DNA from: an uncultured Phycisphaerales bacterium
GTDB lineage: Bacteria > Planctomycetota > Phycisphaerae > Tepidisphaerales > Tepidisphaeraceae
NCBI GenBank assembly: GCA_963758525.1
Contig: CAVWVQ010000003.1
Span: forward strand, 2,464,001-2,528,000
DNA length: 64,000 bases
Reading direction: 5' to 3'
Shown here: piece by piece, positions 41,401 to 51,459 of the stretch
Layout of the letters: each line of letters starts with the position of its first letter
How positions within the stretch are numbered: the stretch's first letter is position 1
Made by a program: the position numbers and the translations under genes
The notes under the pieces: generated by a model
Databases searched by the model: none
Told to the model about the DNA's origin: nothing
Seen by the model: only the letters and a program-made list of their open reading frames with translations

Positions 41401-41909
41401 TGCACCGTCGCCAGCTCCGGACGCAGGAAGTTGTTGGTGATATCAAAAAGTTGCTGCTCAGGGAGCGTGTTGCTTCCCAGCGAAAGCTGCAGAATCGGTA
41501 CAGTGGAGGCGCTGTAGCGAAGCATCAGCGGCGGCTGTATGCCCGGGGGCATCTGCCGCAGCGATGTCTGCGAGATGGCGGTCACCTGCGCCTCGGCCTC
41601 GGCGATTTTGGCGCCGGGCTGGAAATAAATACGGACAACGCCTTCCCCGTTGATCGACTGGCTCTCGATGTGCTCGATGTCGTTGACGGTGGTCGTCAGA
41701 ATCCCTTCATACGGGCGGATGATGCGCCCTTCCATTTCCTCGGGGCTCATGCCGGTGTACTGCCAGATCACTGAGATGACCGGGATGTCGACTTCCGGGA
41801 AAATGTCGGTGGGCATGTGGGTGATGACGAAGGCCCCCATCAGGACAATGAGCATTGCCATGACCACAAATGTGTAGGGCCGTCGCAGAGCAAGCCGAAC
41901 AATCCACAT
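38442..41909 (-). CDS. RND efflux permease (AcrB/AcrD/AcrF superfamily)
   Basis: GILVDDATVEIENI, RLRPVIMTALAM, PLGRAVIGGL. Confidence 0.96.
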   Translation of the reverse strand: MWIVRLALRRPYTFVVMAMLIVLMGAFVITHMPTDIFPEVDIPVISVIWQYTGMSPEEMEGRIIRPYEGILTTTVNDIEHIESQSINGEGVVRIYFQPGAKIAEAEAQVTAISQTSLRQMPPGIQPPLMLRYSASTVPILQLSLGSNTLPEQQLFDITNNFLRPELATVQGAMLPWPYGGKQRQIMVDLDPQKLMGFGLSAADVSNAINTQNLIVPSGTAKIGTQEYAVHVNSSPDTVLGLNDLPIKTVNGSTVFIKDVAHVADKFLPQTNLVHIDGKKGVLEPVYKLGNASTLDIVKRVREAVPGVLPRVPGYKELKVTPLFDQSIFVRAAVWGVVKEAVIAAGLTGLMILLFLGSWRSTLIICVSIPLSIIVSIIVLWALGETLNVMTLGGMALAVGILVDDATVEIENIHRNLHQRKRLVQAILDGAQQIAVPAFVSTLCICIVFVPVWFITGAAKSLFVPLAMAVVFAMLTSYLLSRTLVPTLVHYLLESEVDLYGGVEQEGYKHEHGPRDLHVGFLQSLLWSLKWCSLAAVGLLIAAGIVCLLPAGPRGAVLAHTPFAADLTNAAKQTPFRFMLDVLRVAVGIVLVLGIGYEIFENNWIWRTHEKFNVYFEKFRRFYGGYLTLALEHRGIVVGLFATMVVLSCMLLPAIGRDFFPSVDAGKIRLHVRAPAGTRLEDTERYFGKVEAYLRTQIPADEVEVVLDNIGIPNSAINMSLSDGSQISPADGEILIDLKENHHPTARYVEALRKQLPTQFPELGFWFQPADIATQVLNFGLPAPIDVQIVGSKLNNEKNLAVAEELRSEIAGIPGAVDVHIHQVARTPDLRVIADRARAGQMGIAQRDVSNDLLISLSSSGQTSPNYWLDPKLGVSYSVSVMTPQYKVDSFEALGNTPVVVPGMTDPQMLENMATIGRGSSATNITHYNIAPTFDIQANVQNSDLGSVSSQIQKLIDQITPKLPAGTKIVVRGQVQSMNSSFEALAVGIVGAVILVYLLMVVNFQSWLDPLIILMALPGAIAGILWMLYATRTTISVPSLMGSIMCVGVATANSILMITFANDHRKEHESSSHDAAFAAGMTRLRPVIMTALAMIIGMLPMSLGLGEGGEQNAPLGRAVIGGLSLATFATLFFVPVVYSALRTAPPHKALEPELQD

Positions 41910-41947
41910 ATGTCACCTGCCAGTGGGCGCCTTCCGCGCGTTGCCAG

Positions 41948-42430
41948 TTACAACTTGGGGGCTGGTAATCGATCTGTATGAAACAGTTCCCGCAGCGCGC
42001 CCATCGCGTCGCAAATGGCCTGGCGCTGTTGCGGCGTTAATTTTTCGAGTTCCGCGGCAAGCTGCGGCTCGGCCGCCTTGCGCGTGCCGTTCATCGCGGC
42101 CTTGCCCTTGGCGCTGAGCGTCAGCGAGACATGCCGACGATCGTCGCTGCCGGCGCGACGCAGGACATAGCCGCGGTCGACCAGCCCGTTGACCATGCGA
42201 GACATCGCCGGGAGCGAGAGGTCCAGATGATCGGCCACCGCCGAGAGGGAGGCCCCTTCGTAATGGCTGAGAAAGCAGAGCGTCCGGAACTGCGGCACCG
42301 ACACCCCAGCCGCCCGGTTGCCCCGCATGACCACGCGAATGGAGCGAAGCACGCCGGGAACCACGTCCAGCAGCTCGCGCCCGCATTCCATTGCCGTGGC
42401 AGAATCAGTTGCGTCTGCTAATAGTTGCAT
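41948..42430 (-). CDS. MarR family transcriptional regulator
   Basis: SVPQFRTL...SRMVNGLVDRGYV.R....DRR; first gene of the RND operon. Confidence 0.92.
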   Translation of the reverse strand: MQLLADATDSATAMECGRELLDVVPGVLRSIRVVMRGNRAAGVSVPQFRTLCFLSHYEGASLSAVADHLDLSLPAMSRMVNGLVDRGYVLRRAGSDDRRHVSLTLSAKGKAAMNGTRKAAEPQLAAELEKLTPQQRQAICDAMGALRELFHTDRLPAPKL

Positions 42431-42465
42431 TGTGATAAGTATAGGCGGTACGACGCGAGAGTCAA
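42431..42465 (-). promoter_or_regulatory. putative leaderless sigma70 promoter of the marR-RND operon
   Basis: TTGACT-16-TATACT-7-ATG on minus; overlapping imperfect palindrome ATAGTT...AAGTAT could be the operator. Confidence 0.65.
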
Positions 42466-42477
42466 ATCGGTTCCCGT

Positions 42478-42608
42478 GAGGGTTCAGGGGTCAGGGTTCA
42501 GGTAAGGATGTCGGTTTTTTTCTTCGGCGCGGGGCCATAGCTGAAGAGGCCAACGATCAAAGTTCGGCAAATCGGCTGCCGACTCTTTCCTGACACCCTG
42601 AACCCTCT
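42478..42608. repeat. inverted heptamer-repeat element (GGGTTCA / TGAACCC)
   Basis: GAGGGTTCAGGGGTCAGGGTTCAGG ... CCTGACACCCTGAACCCTC. Confidence 0.65.
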
Positions 42609-42644
42609 TTTGTCCTTCCGCGTCCATCGGTTACAAACTCCCCC

Positions 42645-43307
42645 ATGCTCCCTGTGCGGCAGACGCTGCTGATCCTCGTCCCGATCGCGTATCTGCTGGG
42701 ATCGACGCCATTTGGGCTTCTTGTCGGGCTTTGGCGCGGGGTCGACCCGCGGAAGGCCGGCAGTGGGAATATCGGCGCTACCAACGTCGGACGTCTGTTG
42801 GGAAAACGCTATTTCGCCTTGGTTTTTGCCCTCGACTTCCTCAAGGGCTTCATCCCGGCGCTGGCCGCCGGGTGTTTCCTGCATGGCCAGACCCTCGACC
42901 GCACCGCTTACCTCCTCTGGCTGCTGATCGGCTTTGCCGCGATCTGCGGGCACATGTTCAGCGTTTTTCTCCGCTTTAAAGGCGGGAAGGGAGTCGCCAC
43001 CAGCACCGGCGTCATGCTTGGGGTGTTTCCCTACTACACCCTCGCGGGGCTCGTGGCCGTTCCCGCATTTTTTATTGTGCTCAAGACCACGCGGTATGTC
43101 AGCGCCGCTTCCATGGCTGCCGCCATCGGTTTGCCGCTGGGTTATATCGGTATCGGTTTGCTTGAGGGCTGGCCGCTTATCGGGGCGCAACTTCCGTTGC
43201 TCCTTTTCGCGTGCCTGGTGTCGCTGCTCATTCTCATCAAACACCGCGGGAACATCGTCCGCATCCGCGCTGGTACGGAACATCGCACGGGCGAACCACG
43301 CGCGTAG
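42645..43307 (+). CDS. plsY: glycerol-3-phosphate acyltransferase PlsY
   Basis: GSGNIGATN, DFLKG, GHMFS...FKGGKGVAT, KHRGNI. Confidence 0.96.
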   Translation: MLPVRQTLLILVPIAYLLGSTPFGLLVGLWRGVDPRKAGSGNIGATNVGRLLGKRYFALVFALDFLKGFIPALAAGCFLHGQTLDRTAYLLWLLIGFAAICGHMFSVFLRFKGGKGVATSTGVMLGVFPYYTLAGLVAVPAFFIVLKTTRYVSAASMAAAIGLPLGYIGIGLLEGWPLIGAQLPLLLFACLVSLLILIKHRGNIVRIRAGTEHRTGEPRA

Positions 43308-43325
43308 AGATTTGTTAGAAAAAGA

Positions 43326-43389
43326 TCACGCCGAGTCTGAGGGGACTCCGAAGGATCCAGGCCTTCGGAGTCCCTCAGACCCGGCGTGA
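43326..43389. repeat. long hairpin downstream of plsY (REP-like or terminator)
   Basis: TCACGCCGAGTCTGAGGGGACTCCGAAGG ... CCTTCGGAGTCCCTCAGACCCGGCGTGA. Confidence 0.7.
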
Positions 43390-43445
43390 AAGAGCGGCGG
43401 TGTTGAAACCCGCCGCAGCCATCGGTTCCTCAATGGAGACTCAAG

Positions 43446-43925
43446 ATGCCTGATCAATCACTGCTGCTGCTTGCCGACGAAGTGCGTTCGAAAACGCTCC
43501 GCCTGCTCAACGGCGTCAGCGACGCACAAGCGCGTTTTCATGCCCCGCAACTCAATAACTCAATCCTCTGGCACGCCGGACACGCCCTGATCGTCGTCGA
43601 GCACCTGGGCGTCGCCCCCGCAGCCGCGGCCGAGCCGATCTATCCGGCCGGCTGGTTCGACATCTTCAGTTGGACGAGCAAGCCATCAACGGTCACGCAT
43701 TGGCCTGCGTTGGCAGAAGTTGTCGCAAAGCTCGCGGAACAGCTCGATCGCCTCAAGATCGCGATCGCGCCGCTTTCCGAAGATCGTCTCGACCAAATCA
43801 TCGACCCAGCACGCAACCGCACGCTCCGCTACAGCATCCTGCATGGCTTGCATGACGAAGCCATGCACCAGGGAGAGATTTATCTGTTGAAGAAAATGAT
43901 GGCTCGATCGCCGGGACTGGCGTAG
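43446..43925 (+). CDS. DinB family protein
   Basis: NSILWHAGH ... HDEAMHQGEI histidine triad. Confidence 0.88.
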   Translation: MPDQSLLLLADEVRSKTLRLLNGVSDAQARFHAPQLNNSILWHAGHALIVVEHLGVAPAAAAEPIYPAGWFDIFSWTSKPSTVTHWPALAEVVAKLAEQLDRLKIAIAPLSEDRLDQIIDPARNRTLRYSILHGLHDEAMHQGEIYLLKKMMARSPGLA

Positions 43926-44038
43926 CGTTCGGCGGCCTGAGGCCTGGCTTTCGCATGCAGAGAACAAGCTTTCGCTCGACGCGCTACTCGCCGAGGGCTC
44001 CGCTGGGCAGTTCATCAGGCCGAGGCAGGCATTCCAGC

Positions 44039-45331
44039 TCAATCAACGGTGCTCAACGCACGCGTGGCTTTCGGCGTCGCAGTGCTCCCTGAAATATCCA
44101 GCATCCGCTGCAGCGCCACTTGCGACCACTTCCGCGTCCGCGGATCGACCCGGATCTCGTTCACCACATTTCCCTCAATCAGGTTTTCCATCACCCAGCA
44201 AAGATGCGGCAGATCGATGCGGAACATCGTCGTGCAAAGGCACTGACAATCGCTGAGAACCACGATCTTCTGCTCCGGATGCGCCTGCGCGAGCCGGTGA
44301 ATCAGGTGCACTTCCGTGCCGACGGCCCATTCGCTGCCGGGCGGGGCCGCTTCGATCGTCTTCACGATGAATGCAGTGCTCCCAGTCATGTCGGCCTTCT
44401 GAACCACCTCCCACCGGCACTCCGGATGGACGATCACCTTAATTCGCGGGTACTTCGCCCGCGCCTGATCGACGTGTTCGGGCCGAAAGAGCTGATGCAC
44501 CGAGCAGTGTCCCTTCCAGAGGACAAAATCCGCGTTCAGCAGCGCCTCGGCACTGTTGCCGCCCAGATCCTGTCCGGGGTCCCACACCACCATCCGATCC
44601 AGCGGATACCCCATTGCGAAGGCCGTGTTCCGCCCCAGATGCTGATCCGGAAAAAACAAGATTTTGACGCGAGAGTGGTGATTGGTGATTGGAACGTGAC
44701 CGGATCGCGCGTCGTCCTCCCCCTTCGTGCCGTCTGCCCCTTCCCCTCCCTCTTCCTCCCCACCCTTTGTCCCTTCGTCCCTTTGTCCCTCCGTCCCTTT
44801 CCCTCCCTCTTCTCGCTTCTCCTGCCCCAACCCCCATTCGAGTATCTGCTTGCAATTGCTGCTCGTGCAGACCGCCCCCCCATGCTCCCCGACAAAGGCC
44901 TTGATGGCCGCGGAGCTGTTCATATAGGTGATTGGAACGATCAATTGCCCCGGGCAGGTCTCCTGCAACTGTGCCCAGCAATCGAGCGTCTGGTCGAGAT
45001 TCGCCATGTCCGCCATGGAGCAGCCGGCCCCCAGGTCGGGCAGGATGACGCGGACCGACTCGTCGGTCAGGATATCTGCGGACTCGGCCATGAAATGCAC
45101 GCCGCAGAAGATGACAAACTCGCATCCTTTCTGCTCTGCTGCCCGGCGCGAGAGTTCGAAGCTGTCGCCGGTGAAATCCGCGAATTCGATCACGGCATCC
45201 TGTTGATAGTGATGCCCGAGGATTACCAGCCGGCGTCCCAGCGTTTCCCGAGCAGTGGCAATACGCAAACGCAGCTCCGCATCGGATAGTTGCGTGTAGA
45301 TCGCCGGAAGTGGTTGTTGCCAGACTTTCAT
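44039..45331 (-). CDS. nadA: quinolinate synthase A with an in-frame low-complexity insertion
   Basis: GHHYQ, FCGVHFMAE, AGCSMA, YMNSSA, CTSSN, FPDQHLG, HCSVH, HPEC, CLCTTM. Confidence 0.96.
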   Translation of the reverse strand: MKVWQQPLPAIYTQLSDAELRLRIATARETLGRRLVILGHHYQQDAVIEFADFTGDSFELSRRAAEQKGCEFVIFCGVHFMAESADILTDESVRVILPDLGAGCSMADMANLDQTLDCWAQLQETCPGQLIVPITYMNSSAAIKAFVGEHGGAVCTSSNCKQILEWGLGQEKREEGGKGTEGQRDEGTKGGEEEGGEGADGTKGEDDARSGHVPITNHHSRVKILFFPDQHLGRNTAFAMGYPLDRMVVWDPGQDLGGNSAEALLNADFVLWKGHCSVHQLFRPEHVDQARAKYPRIKVIVHPECRWEVVQKADMTGSTAFIVKTIEAAPPGSEWAVGTEVHLIHRLAQAHPEQKIVVLSDCQCLCTTMFRIDLPHLCWVMENLIEGNVVNEIRVDPRTRKWSQVALQRMLDISGSTATPKATRALSTVD

Positions 45332-45703
45332 GTGCCTTTCCGGGACGCGAACAGCGTTTTCCCCCGTGCCAACCCCGGCTCCTTCTCATCTTAGCAGCAG
45401 CATGTATGCAGTTTCCCTCAAGGAAACGGCCTTTGCAGTAAATATTGGCCGGTGTTGCAGGACGTTGCGCAAGCCATCGTAATATCGGACCATGCTGCTT
45501 TTTTGAAGATTCTCCGCCGAATATCCGAAATCCTGCTCAGAAAGCGCGCGGCTGTGATATTCGGATTAACCGGAATATCCGTCTTAGTTTAGCGTCCAGC
45601 CGATGCGCAGTAGGATTTGAGGTCAACGGTGCGCCTTGGCACTCCATTTGAGAGGGCTAGGCGGGTTCCCCTCTTACACTCCCATTTAGGGAAGGAGCAG
45701 TCC

Positions 45704-46960
45704 ATGTTCAGTTGGAAAGGTACGCTCGGTCTGGCGGCTTGTGCCGCCCTGGCGTCTGCCACATTGGCGCACGGCAATGAAGCCGGCACCTCGGCGGTTG
45801 CGCCGAGTCAGCTTTCTCTCAACGGCGGTCCTGCATATCTCGACGATGCAACGCCCCCGCCCCCGCCCAAGCCTTTGATGGGGCTGCTCGACGCCACCCC
45901 CATTGGTGGTGCCCTTGGCGCGGCAAACATCAACATCTACGGCTTCGTGGAAGGTGGGTACACCTACTCGTTCAATCCCCCGCCGGGCAAGTACATCACC
46001 GGGAACATCTTCAACATCAAGCAGAACAAGATCGTGCTTGATCAGGCGGATATCGCGGTCGAGCGAACCGTCGACTCCACCGCCGGCAAGTTTGACGTCG
46101 GAGCCAAGGTCGAGTTCATCTACGGCTGGGACGCTGGAGCGATTCACTCCAATGGCCTCTTCAGCTATCTGAGCCGCACGCAGCCGGAAAATCAGTTCGA
46201 TCTGGTCCAGGCGTATGCTGATGTCGTCACGCCGATTAAGAACCTTGACATCCGCTTCGGCAAGTTCGTCACCCTGCTCGGGCAGGAAACGATCAACCCG
46301 ACCGGCAACGCCCTCTACTCGCACACCTACCTCTTCGGTGACGCGATCCCCTTCACCCAGACCGGCGTTCTGCTGACGTACATCCTGAATGACTCGATGA
46401 CCATCGAAGGCGGCATCACGCGCGGCTGGGGCCAGTCGCTCCGTGACAATAACGGCGCCATCGACTTCCTCGGCGAGTTCAGCTGGCAGATCAGCAAGGC
46501 CACCAAGGTCATTCTCAACGCATCGTTCGGTCCGCAGGCCACCAAGGACAACAGCGACTACTGGACTGTGCTCGACCTCATCGTCAGCCAGACCGTCTCC
46601 GATCAGTTCACCGTCACGTTTAACGGCGACTACGGCGACGCTCCCCACGCCCTTGGAGCCACCTCGGCTCAGTGGTACGGCGGGGCCTTGTACGGCACCC
46701 TCACCCTCGACCCGCACGTCTCGGTCACCATTCGTGGCGAAGCCTACGACGACCAGAACGGCTTCACCACCGGCGTAGCCCAGCGCGTCTACGAGGCGAC
46801 CCTCGGCGTGGCCGTTACTCCCTTCCCGGAAAACGCCATTGCCAAGAACTTCTCGATCCGCCCCGAAGTCCGCTATGACTACTCGGATCACGATTTCTTC
46901 AACGGCGGAACGCGGCACGATCAGCTGCAGTGCGCCGTGGACGCGATCTTCACGTTCTAA
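45704..46960 (+). CDS. outer-membrane beta-barrel porin (BBP2-like)
   Basis: Signal peptide, GKF.T.LG.E...N.LYSH.Y.F....PFTQTG, RPEVRYD, terminal Phe; AAGGAG RBS. Confidence 0.88.
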   Translation: MFSWKGTLGLAACAALASATLAHGNEAGTSAVAPSQLSLNGGPAYLDDATPPPPPKPLMGLLDATPIGGALGAANINIYGFVEGGYTYSFNPPPGKYITGNIFNIKQNKIVLDQADIAVERTVDSTAGKFDVGAKVEFIYGWDAGAIHSNGLFSYLSRTQPENQFDLVQAYADVVTPIKNLDIRFGKFVTLLGQETINPTGNALYSHTYLFGDAIPFTQTGVLLTYILNDSMTIEGGITRGWGQSLRDNNGAIDFLGEFSWQISKATKVILNASFGPQATKDNSDYWTVLDLIVSQTVSDQFTVTFNGDYGDAPHALGATSAQWYGGALYGTLTLDPHVSVTIRGEAYDDQNGFTTGVAQRVYEATLGVAVTPFPENAIAKNFSIRPEVRYDYSDHDFFNGGTRHDQLQCAVDAIFTF

Positions 46961-46990
46961 TCGAACCTGATCGCATCCAGTCCATTCTTC

Positions 46991-47027
46991 GCAGGCGTCG
47001 CAGCGAAAGCTGCGACGCCTGCTTTGG
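46991..47027 (+). terminator. intrinsic terminator after the porin gene
   Basis: Perfect 14-bp stem GCAGGCGTCGCAGC-GAAA-GCTGCGACGCCTGC followed by TTT. Confidence 0.7.
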
Positions 47028-47251
47028 TTCCCCTAGGCCGACCTCTTGGGCGACGACGCAAGGCCCATGACACGCTCCTTCAGCGATAGAACCACAGATC
47101 CGGCCTTGAAATCTCACCTGAAGCTCATGGCCAAGGGCCGGGAAAGCATTTCTCATCGCCTGAAGACCGCGCAGCCGTCGACTCGCTTCGCGTAAGTTGC
47201 GTATCGGAAGCACGCCCGCACCAGACGCGTCCACCAGTGATCTCCGCACCC

Positions 47252-48139
47252 TCACGTTCGGCTCTGCCTTCTCACTCCCGTCTGCTTCTTGCTGACGCGC
47301 CCTTCAAGTCCGCGGATGTAGTTCGCGATCAGATGGTCGGTGATCCCCTCATGGAAGCTTTTGCCGCGCGTCGCAATCGCCCGCGCGACGGCATGAATGT
47401 GCCACGGCTCGATGTCGGCGTCCGGCGTGATCGCACCGTCACTGTCGATGTAGATCAATGTTTTCACATGCCCGTAGCACGGGACGCGCGCGGCCATCCG
47501 TTTCAGCTGCCCGAGAATCTTCTCATTGGTAAGCCGCGGCTTTTCCGGCAGGAGCCGCTTCAATGATGCCAGCGGCAGCTCAGGCACCAGGTCCAGGCGG
47601 TTTACGACACGATACGTCGGCAGCGAATAGCCGCCGCAAAACGTGCGATCGCCCACGCGCGGCGCACCAAACGTGTACGTCGCCGCCGGCGAACGGCCCA
47701 TCTTCTCCAGCCGGCATGCGGTCAGAACGGCCAACGCGCCGCCCATCGAATGGCCGGTCAGAAACAGCGGCTTGTCCTGCGCCTGCTCCAGAAGTGTTTC
47801 GACCTTGTTCCACGTTCGGCCAAGCGCCGAGCTGAACCCCAGGTGAACACGCCCCGCGTATTCATCACGCTCAACGAGCCGGACGACCACATCCGTCACC
47901 CAGGTCGGCAGCGTGAACGGGTCGGAGCCCCGAAACGCCAGGACGGCTTGCGTATCACAGACCCCCAGAAAGCCGCGCGTGCGTGTCACCTTATTGCGGA
48001 ACGCGATTGTGCTCAGCCCCAGCCGCTCCCGCGCGGCGCTGGCCGGGGAGCGGTGGTACGCGATGTCCGACGCGTGGGCCAGGTACAGCGCGTTGATGCG
48101 GTTGAATGAGGCGTCGTCCGGATGGAATGGGAGCGCCAC
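47252..48139 (-). CDS. class 3 lipase family protein
   Basis: LAFRGS, VHLGF, TGHSMGGALA, TFGAPRVG, DLVP, DH; start codon uncertain. Confidence 0.9.
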   Translation of the reverse strand: MALPFHPDDASFNRINALYLAHASDIAYHRSPASAARERLGLSTIAFRNKVTRTRGFLGVCDTQAVLAFRGSDPFTLPTWVTDVVVRLVERDEYAGRVHLGFSSALGRTWNKVETLLEQAQDKPLFLTGHSMGGALAVLTACRLEKMGRSPAATYTFGAPRVGDRTFCGGYSLPTYRVVNRLDLVPELPLASLKRLLPEKPRLTNEKILGQLKRMAARVPCYGHVKTLIYIDSDGAITPDADIEPWHIHAVARAIATRGKSFHEGITDHLIANYIRGLEGRVSKKQTGVRRQSRT

Positions 48140-48281
48140 GTCAGTCTTTTCCTCACGGCAGCCCGACACTATAGTTTCAGTTCACGGCGATCCTTGATCG
48201 CAGGCGATATGCCCGGCAGAATGATCAGCGAACTGCCCGCAAATTCAACAGCAATGCACCACTAGCCCAAAGGGGGTTCCA

Positions 48282-51200
48282 TTGGCTGCCAAATCCGAAT
48301 CCATCAGCACCACCACGGTGAGAAACACTGAGCACGATTATCGTGTGCTTTGGCAGGTGCTGGCTGAGGAATACCGGCAAATTCACCTGCAAAAGCCGGC
48401 TGTGAACGAAACGGACCGTCGGGCGTTCGATGAGAGGCTAAAAACGTTAACTGAGGAACGGCGGCAGCAATCGGAAAAGGATCAGGCGAAATGGGACGAG
48501 CAGCAGCTTCGTGATTTTATTCGCCGCTATTACTGTGGGGCCGATGCGCCCGAGCAGGCGGCGCTGTGCCTTTCCGGCGGCGGCATTCGCTCGGCGACGT
48601 TCTGCCTCGGTGTGCTTCAACGCCTGGCGGAGACCCCTTCCCCCGCAGGCAGTACGACAGTAGATGCGCCCACGCCGCCGCAGCCGGCAGGGCCGCACAA
48701 GTCCCTCCTCGAGCACTTCCATTATCTCTCGACGGTTTCGGGCGGGGGCTACATCGGGAGCTGGCTATCGGCGTGGCAGACCCGCGACCCCAACGCCATC
48801 AAAAAGCTCGGGGAGGCGCCGGGGCCAACGAGTCGTTCGAGCCCGAGCCCGTCAAACATTTGCGCAAATACAGCATGTACCTGAGCCCCCGCCTCGGTTT
48901 GTTGTCGGCGGACACGTGGGCGCTGGTTGCGATTTATCTTCGCAACCTGATGCTCAACTGGCTGGTGCTGCTGCCGCTCCTGATGGTCGTCATGCTCCTG
49001 CCCCGGTTCCTCCTCCTTGTTGCAATGTCCGCGAGCCATGCGTGGGACCAGGCAGTGCGATGGTGTCTGGTGGTTGGCGTCCTGTTTCAAATCGTGGCCT
49101 TCGTATGCGGTCATTTGATGACACCGGAATGGCCGCGATTCACCGGCCTGAAGACGCAGAAATGTTACATGGCGCTGGTCTGGCTGCCGCAATTGGTCGC
49201 GGCGATGGCGTTCGCGGCGTTTTGGGCGGGACTCCATCAGCGCACCATCAAATCCCCAGAGTCATTTCAGTATATTCGGGATTGCTTTCCAGGCTGCGCG
49301 AGTTGGCTCAGTTGGGCGCTGGCGCCGTGGGTTAGTCCTTCCACGTCGCTTGCGACGATTGATCCTCATACTCGATTGTTTCTCTTTATTCAGTTCGCCG
49401 AAGAGCTATATATCGGCAGCCTGGCCCTCGCCCACGTTATTCACCTTGTCTGCCAGGGACGCTACCCGTTCGGGTGGCGAGCCCTTCTGGGCATGGGCGC
49501 CACGCTCGCGGTAAGCGCCGCCTTCGGCGGTTGGCTCCTCTGGCTGATAGCGGGCAGGGTGTGTCTCGACCCTGTTGCCCATCCGGGCAGCCCGCCAATT
49601 CCCGGAAGCCCTGTGGCTTACACAATCCTGGCCGTGCCGGCTTATTTGATGAGCCTCCTGCTGGCGGTTGTTTTGGCGCGGGGACTGTCCAGCGGAATCT
49701 CCACGGACAGCGACCGTGAATGGAGCGCCCGCGCCAGCGGATTGTTGATGGCGGCGGGGACGGGCTGGGTGGTCATGACCTTGCTGGTGCTTCTTGGGCC
49801 AACGCTGGTTCTGGCGTCAGGCCCTGCCATTAAATCCGCCGTCGCTGTCGCGGGTGGCCTGTCGGGAATCGTTACGCTGGTGCTGTCGTACAGCGCAAAG
49901 ACTCCCGCCTCGGCCGAGGGCGCGCTGCGCCTGGGCACGGAGGGACTGATCCGACAGGTCGCGCTGGCTGTCGTTGCGCCGGTCTTCAGCGTGCTTCTGC
50001 TGGTGTTGCTGGCGCTCGTCACCGATGTCCTGCTTGTCGGCACATATCGCGGCACCCAGGGGCCGCTCCATGTTCCGCCGCGAGTCCGGCTGAACCAGTT
50101 GTCGCAGCATGCCGCCGGCCCGCCCGCCGATGACTCGATCGGCCACCGCGTCTTCGGGACGCCGCTCGATCAGCGCTTCGATTGGCACTCACATGTTCTG
50201 GTCGACATCGGCCACGGTGTGCTGCTGTTGTGGACGGGCATCCTGATCGCGGTCATGGTGGTGATGGGATTGTGCGTCAACATCAATAAGTTTTCATTGC
50301 ACACCGTTTATCGCAATCGGCTGATTCGCGCCTACCTGGGCGCCAGCAGAAGCAATCGCGGCGACCCGTCGGGCGACCCAAAGTACGTCCCGTTCACCGA
50401 CTTCTCTGACGACGATAATTTTTGCCTGCTTCGTCTCAATTCTCGTCCATTCCACGTGCTCAACGCCACACTCAACCTCGTGGCCGGCCACAATCTCGCC
50501 TGGCAGCAGCGGAAGGCGGCGAGTTTTACCTTCACGCGCTTGCACTGCGGCAGCAGCCTGGTCGGATACAGGAAGTCGGAGCACTACGCGAAAACCAAGT
50601 CAGAGAACGCGATGACCCTGGGCGGGGCGATGGCGGTTTCGGGAGCGGCGGCAAACCCTAACATGGGGTACCACTCGTCAACTGTCCTGACCTTCCTGAT
50701 GACGCTCTTCAACGTCCGCCTGGGAGTGTGGCTCGGGAACCCCGGACCCGCGGGAGACCACGCGTTGTGGGCGACCTACGACAGAGGATCCCCGCGAATG
50801 GCCAACCGCCCGCTCTACTCCGAAGCCTTTGGCCTCACGGACGAAACGCATCCGTACGTAAATATCTCTGACGGCGGCCACTTCGAGGACCTGGCGATCT
50901 ACGAGATGGTCCGTCGGCGTTGCCGGTTCATCCTGGCGGTCGATGCCGGCGCCGATCCTGACACGGGGTTTGAAGATCTCGGCAATGCCGTGCGCAAGAT
51001 CCTCATCGATATGGGAATTCCCATCGAATTCGAGGGGAAGCTCCAGATCCTGGGGCGCGATCCGCAACTGAAAAGGGTCGGCCGCTACGCGGCGGTTGGA
51101 ACGATCCGGTATTCAGCCGTCGATGGATCCGACAGCGACCTCGATGGGAAGCTGGTGTACATCAAGCCCGCGTTCTACGGGACGGAGCCGATGGATGTTT

Positions 51201-51403
51201 ATAACTACGCCATGGGCTCTCCGACGTTTCCTCACGAAACAACTGCCGACCAGTTCTTCACCGAGAGCCAGTTCGAGAGCTACCGAAAGCTCGGCTACTA
51301 CATTATGAATTCCTTGCTGGCGCCGTGCCAGAACGCATGTGAGTTGGACCAGATTTGGATTGGCGCATGTGAGCATCTGGGCCTGTCAGGGCAAAACGTT
51401 TGA
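48282..51403 (+). CDS. multi-TM patatin/cPLA2-like phospholipase; frameshift at ~48822
   Basis: LCLSGGGIRSATF and LSTVSGGGYIG in the first ORF; SGAA.NPNMG, ISDGGHFEDL and FPHETTADQFF in the second. Confidence 0.85.
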
Positions 51404-51459
51404 AACCCATGCCCGCCTCTCTTTCGGATTCGGCTCCGGCCCGCTACCATCCCACACCT

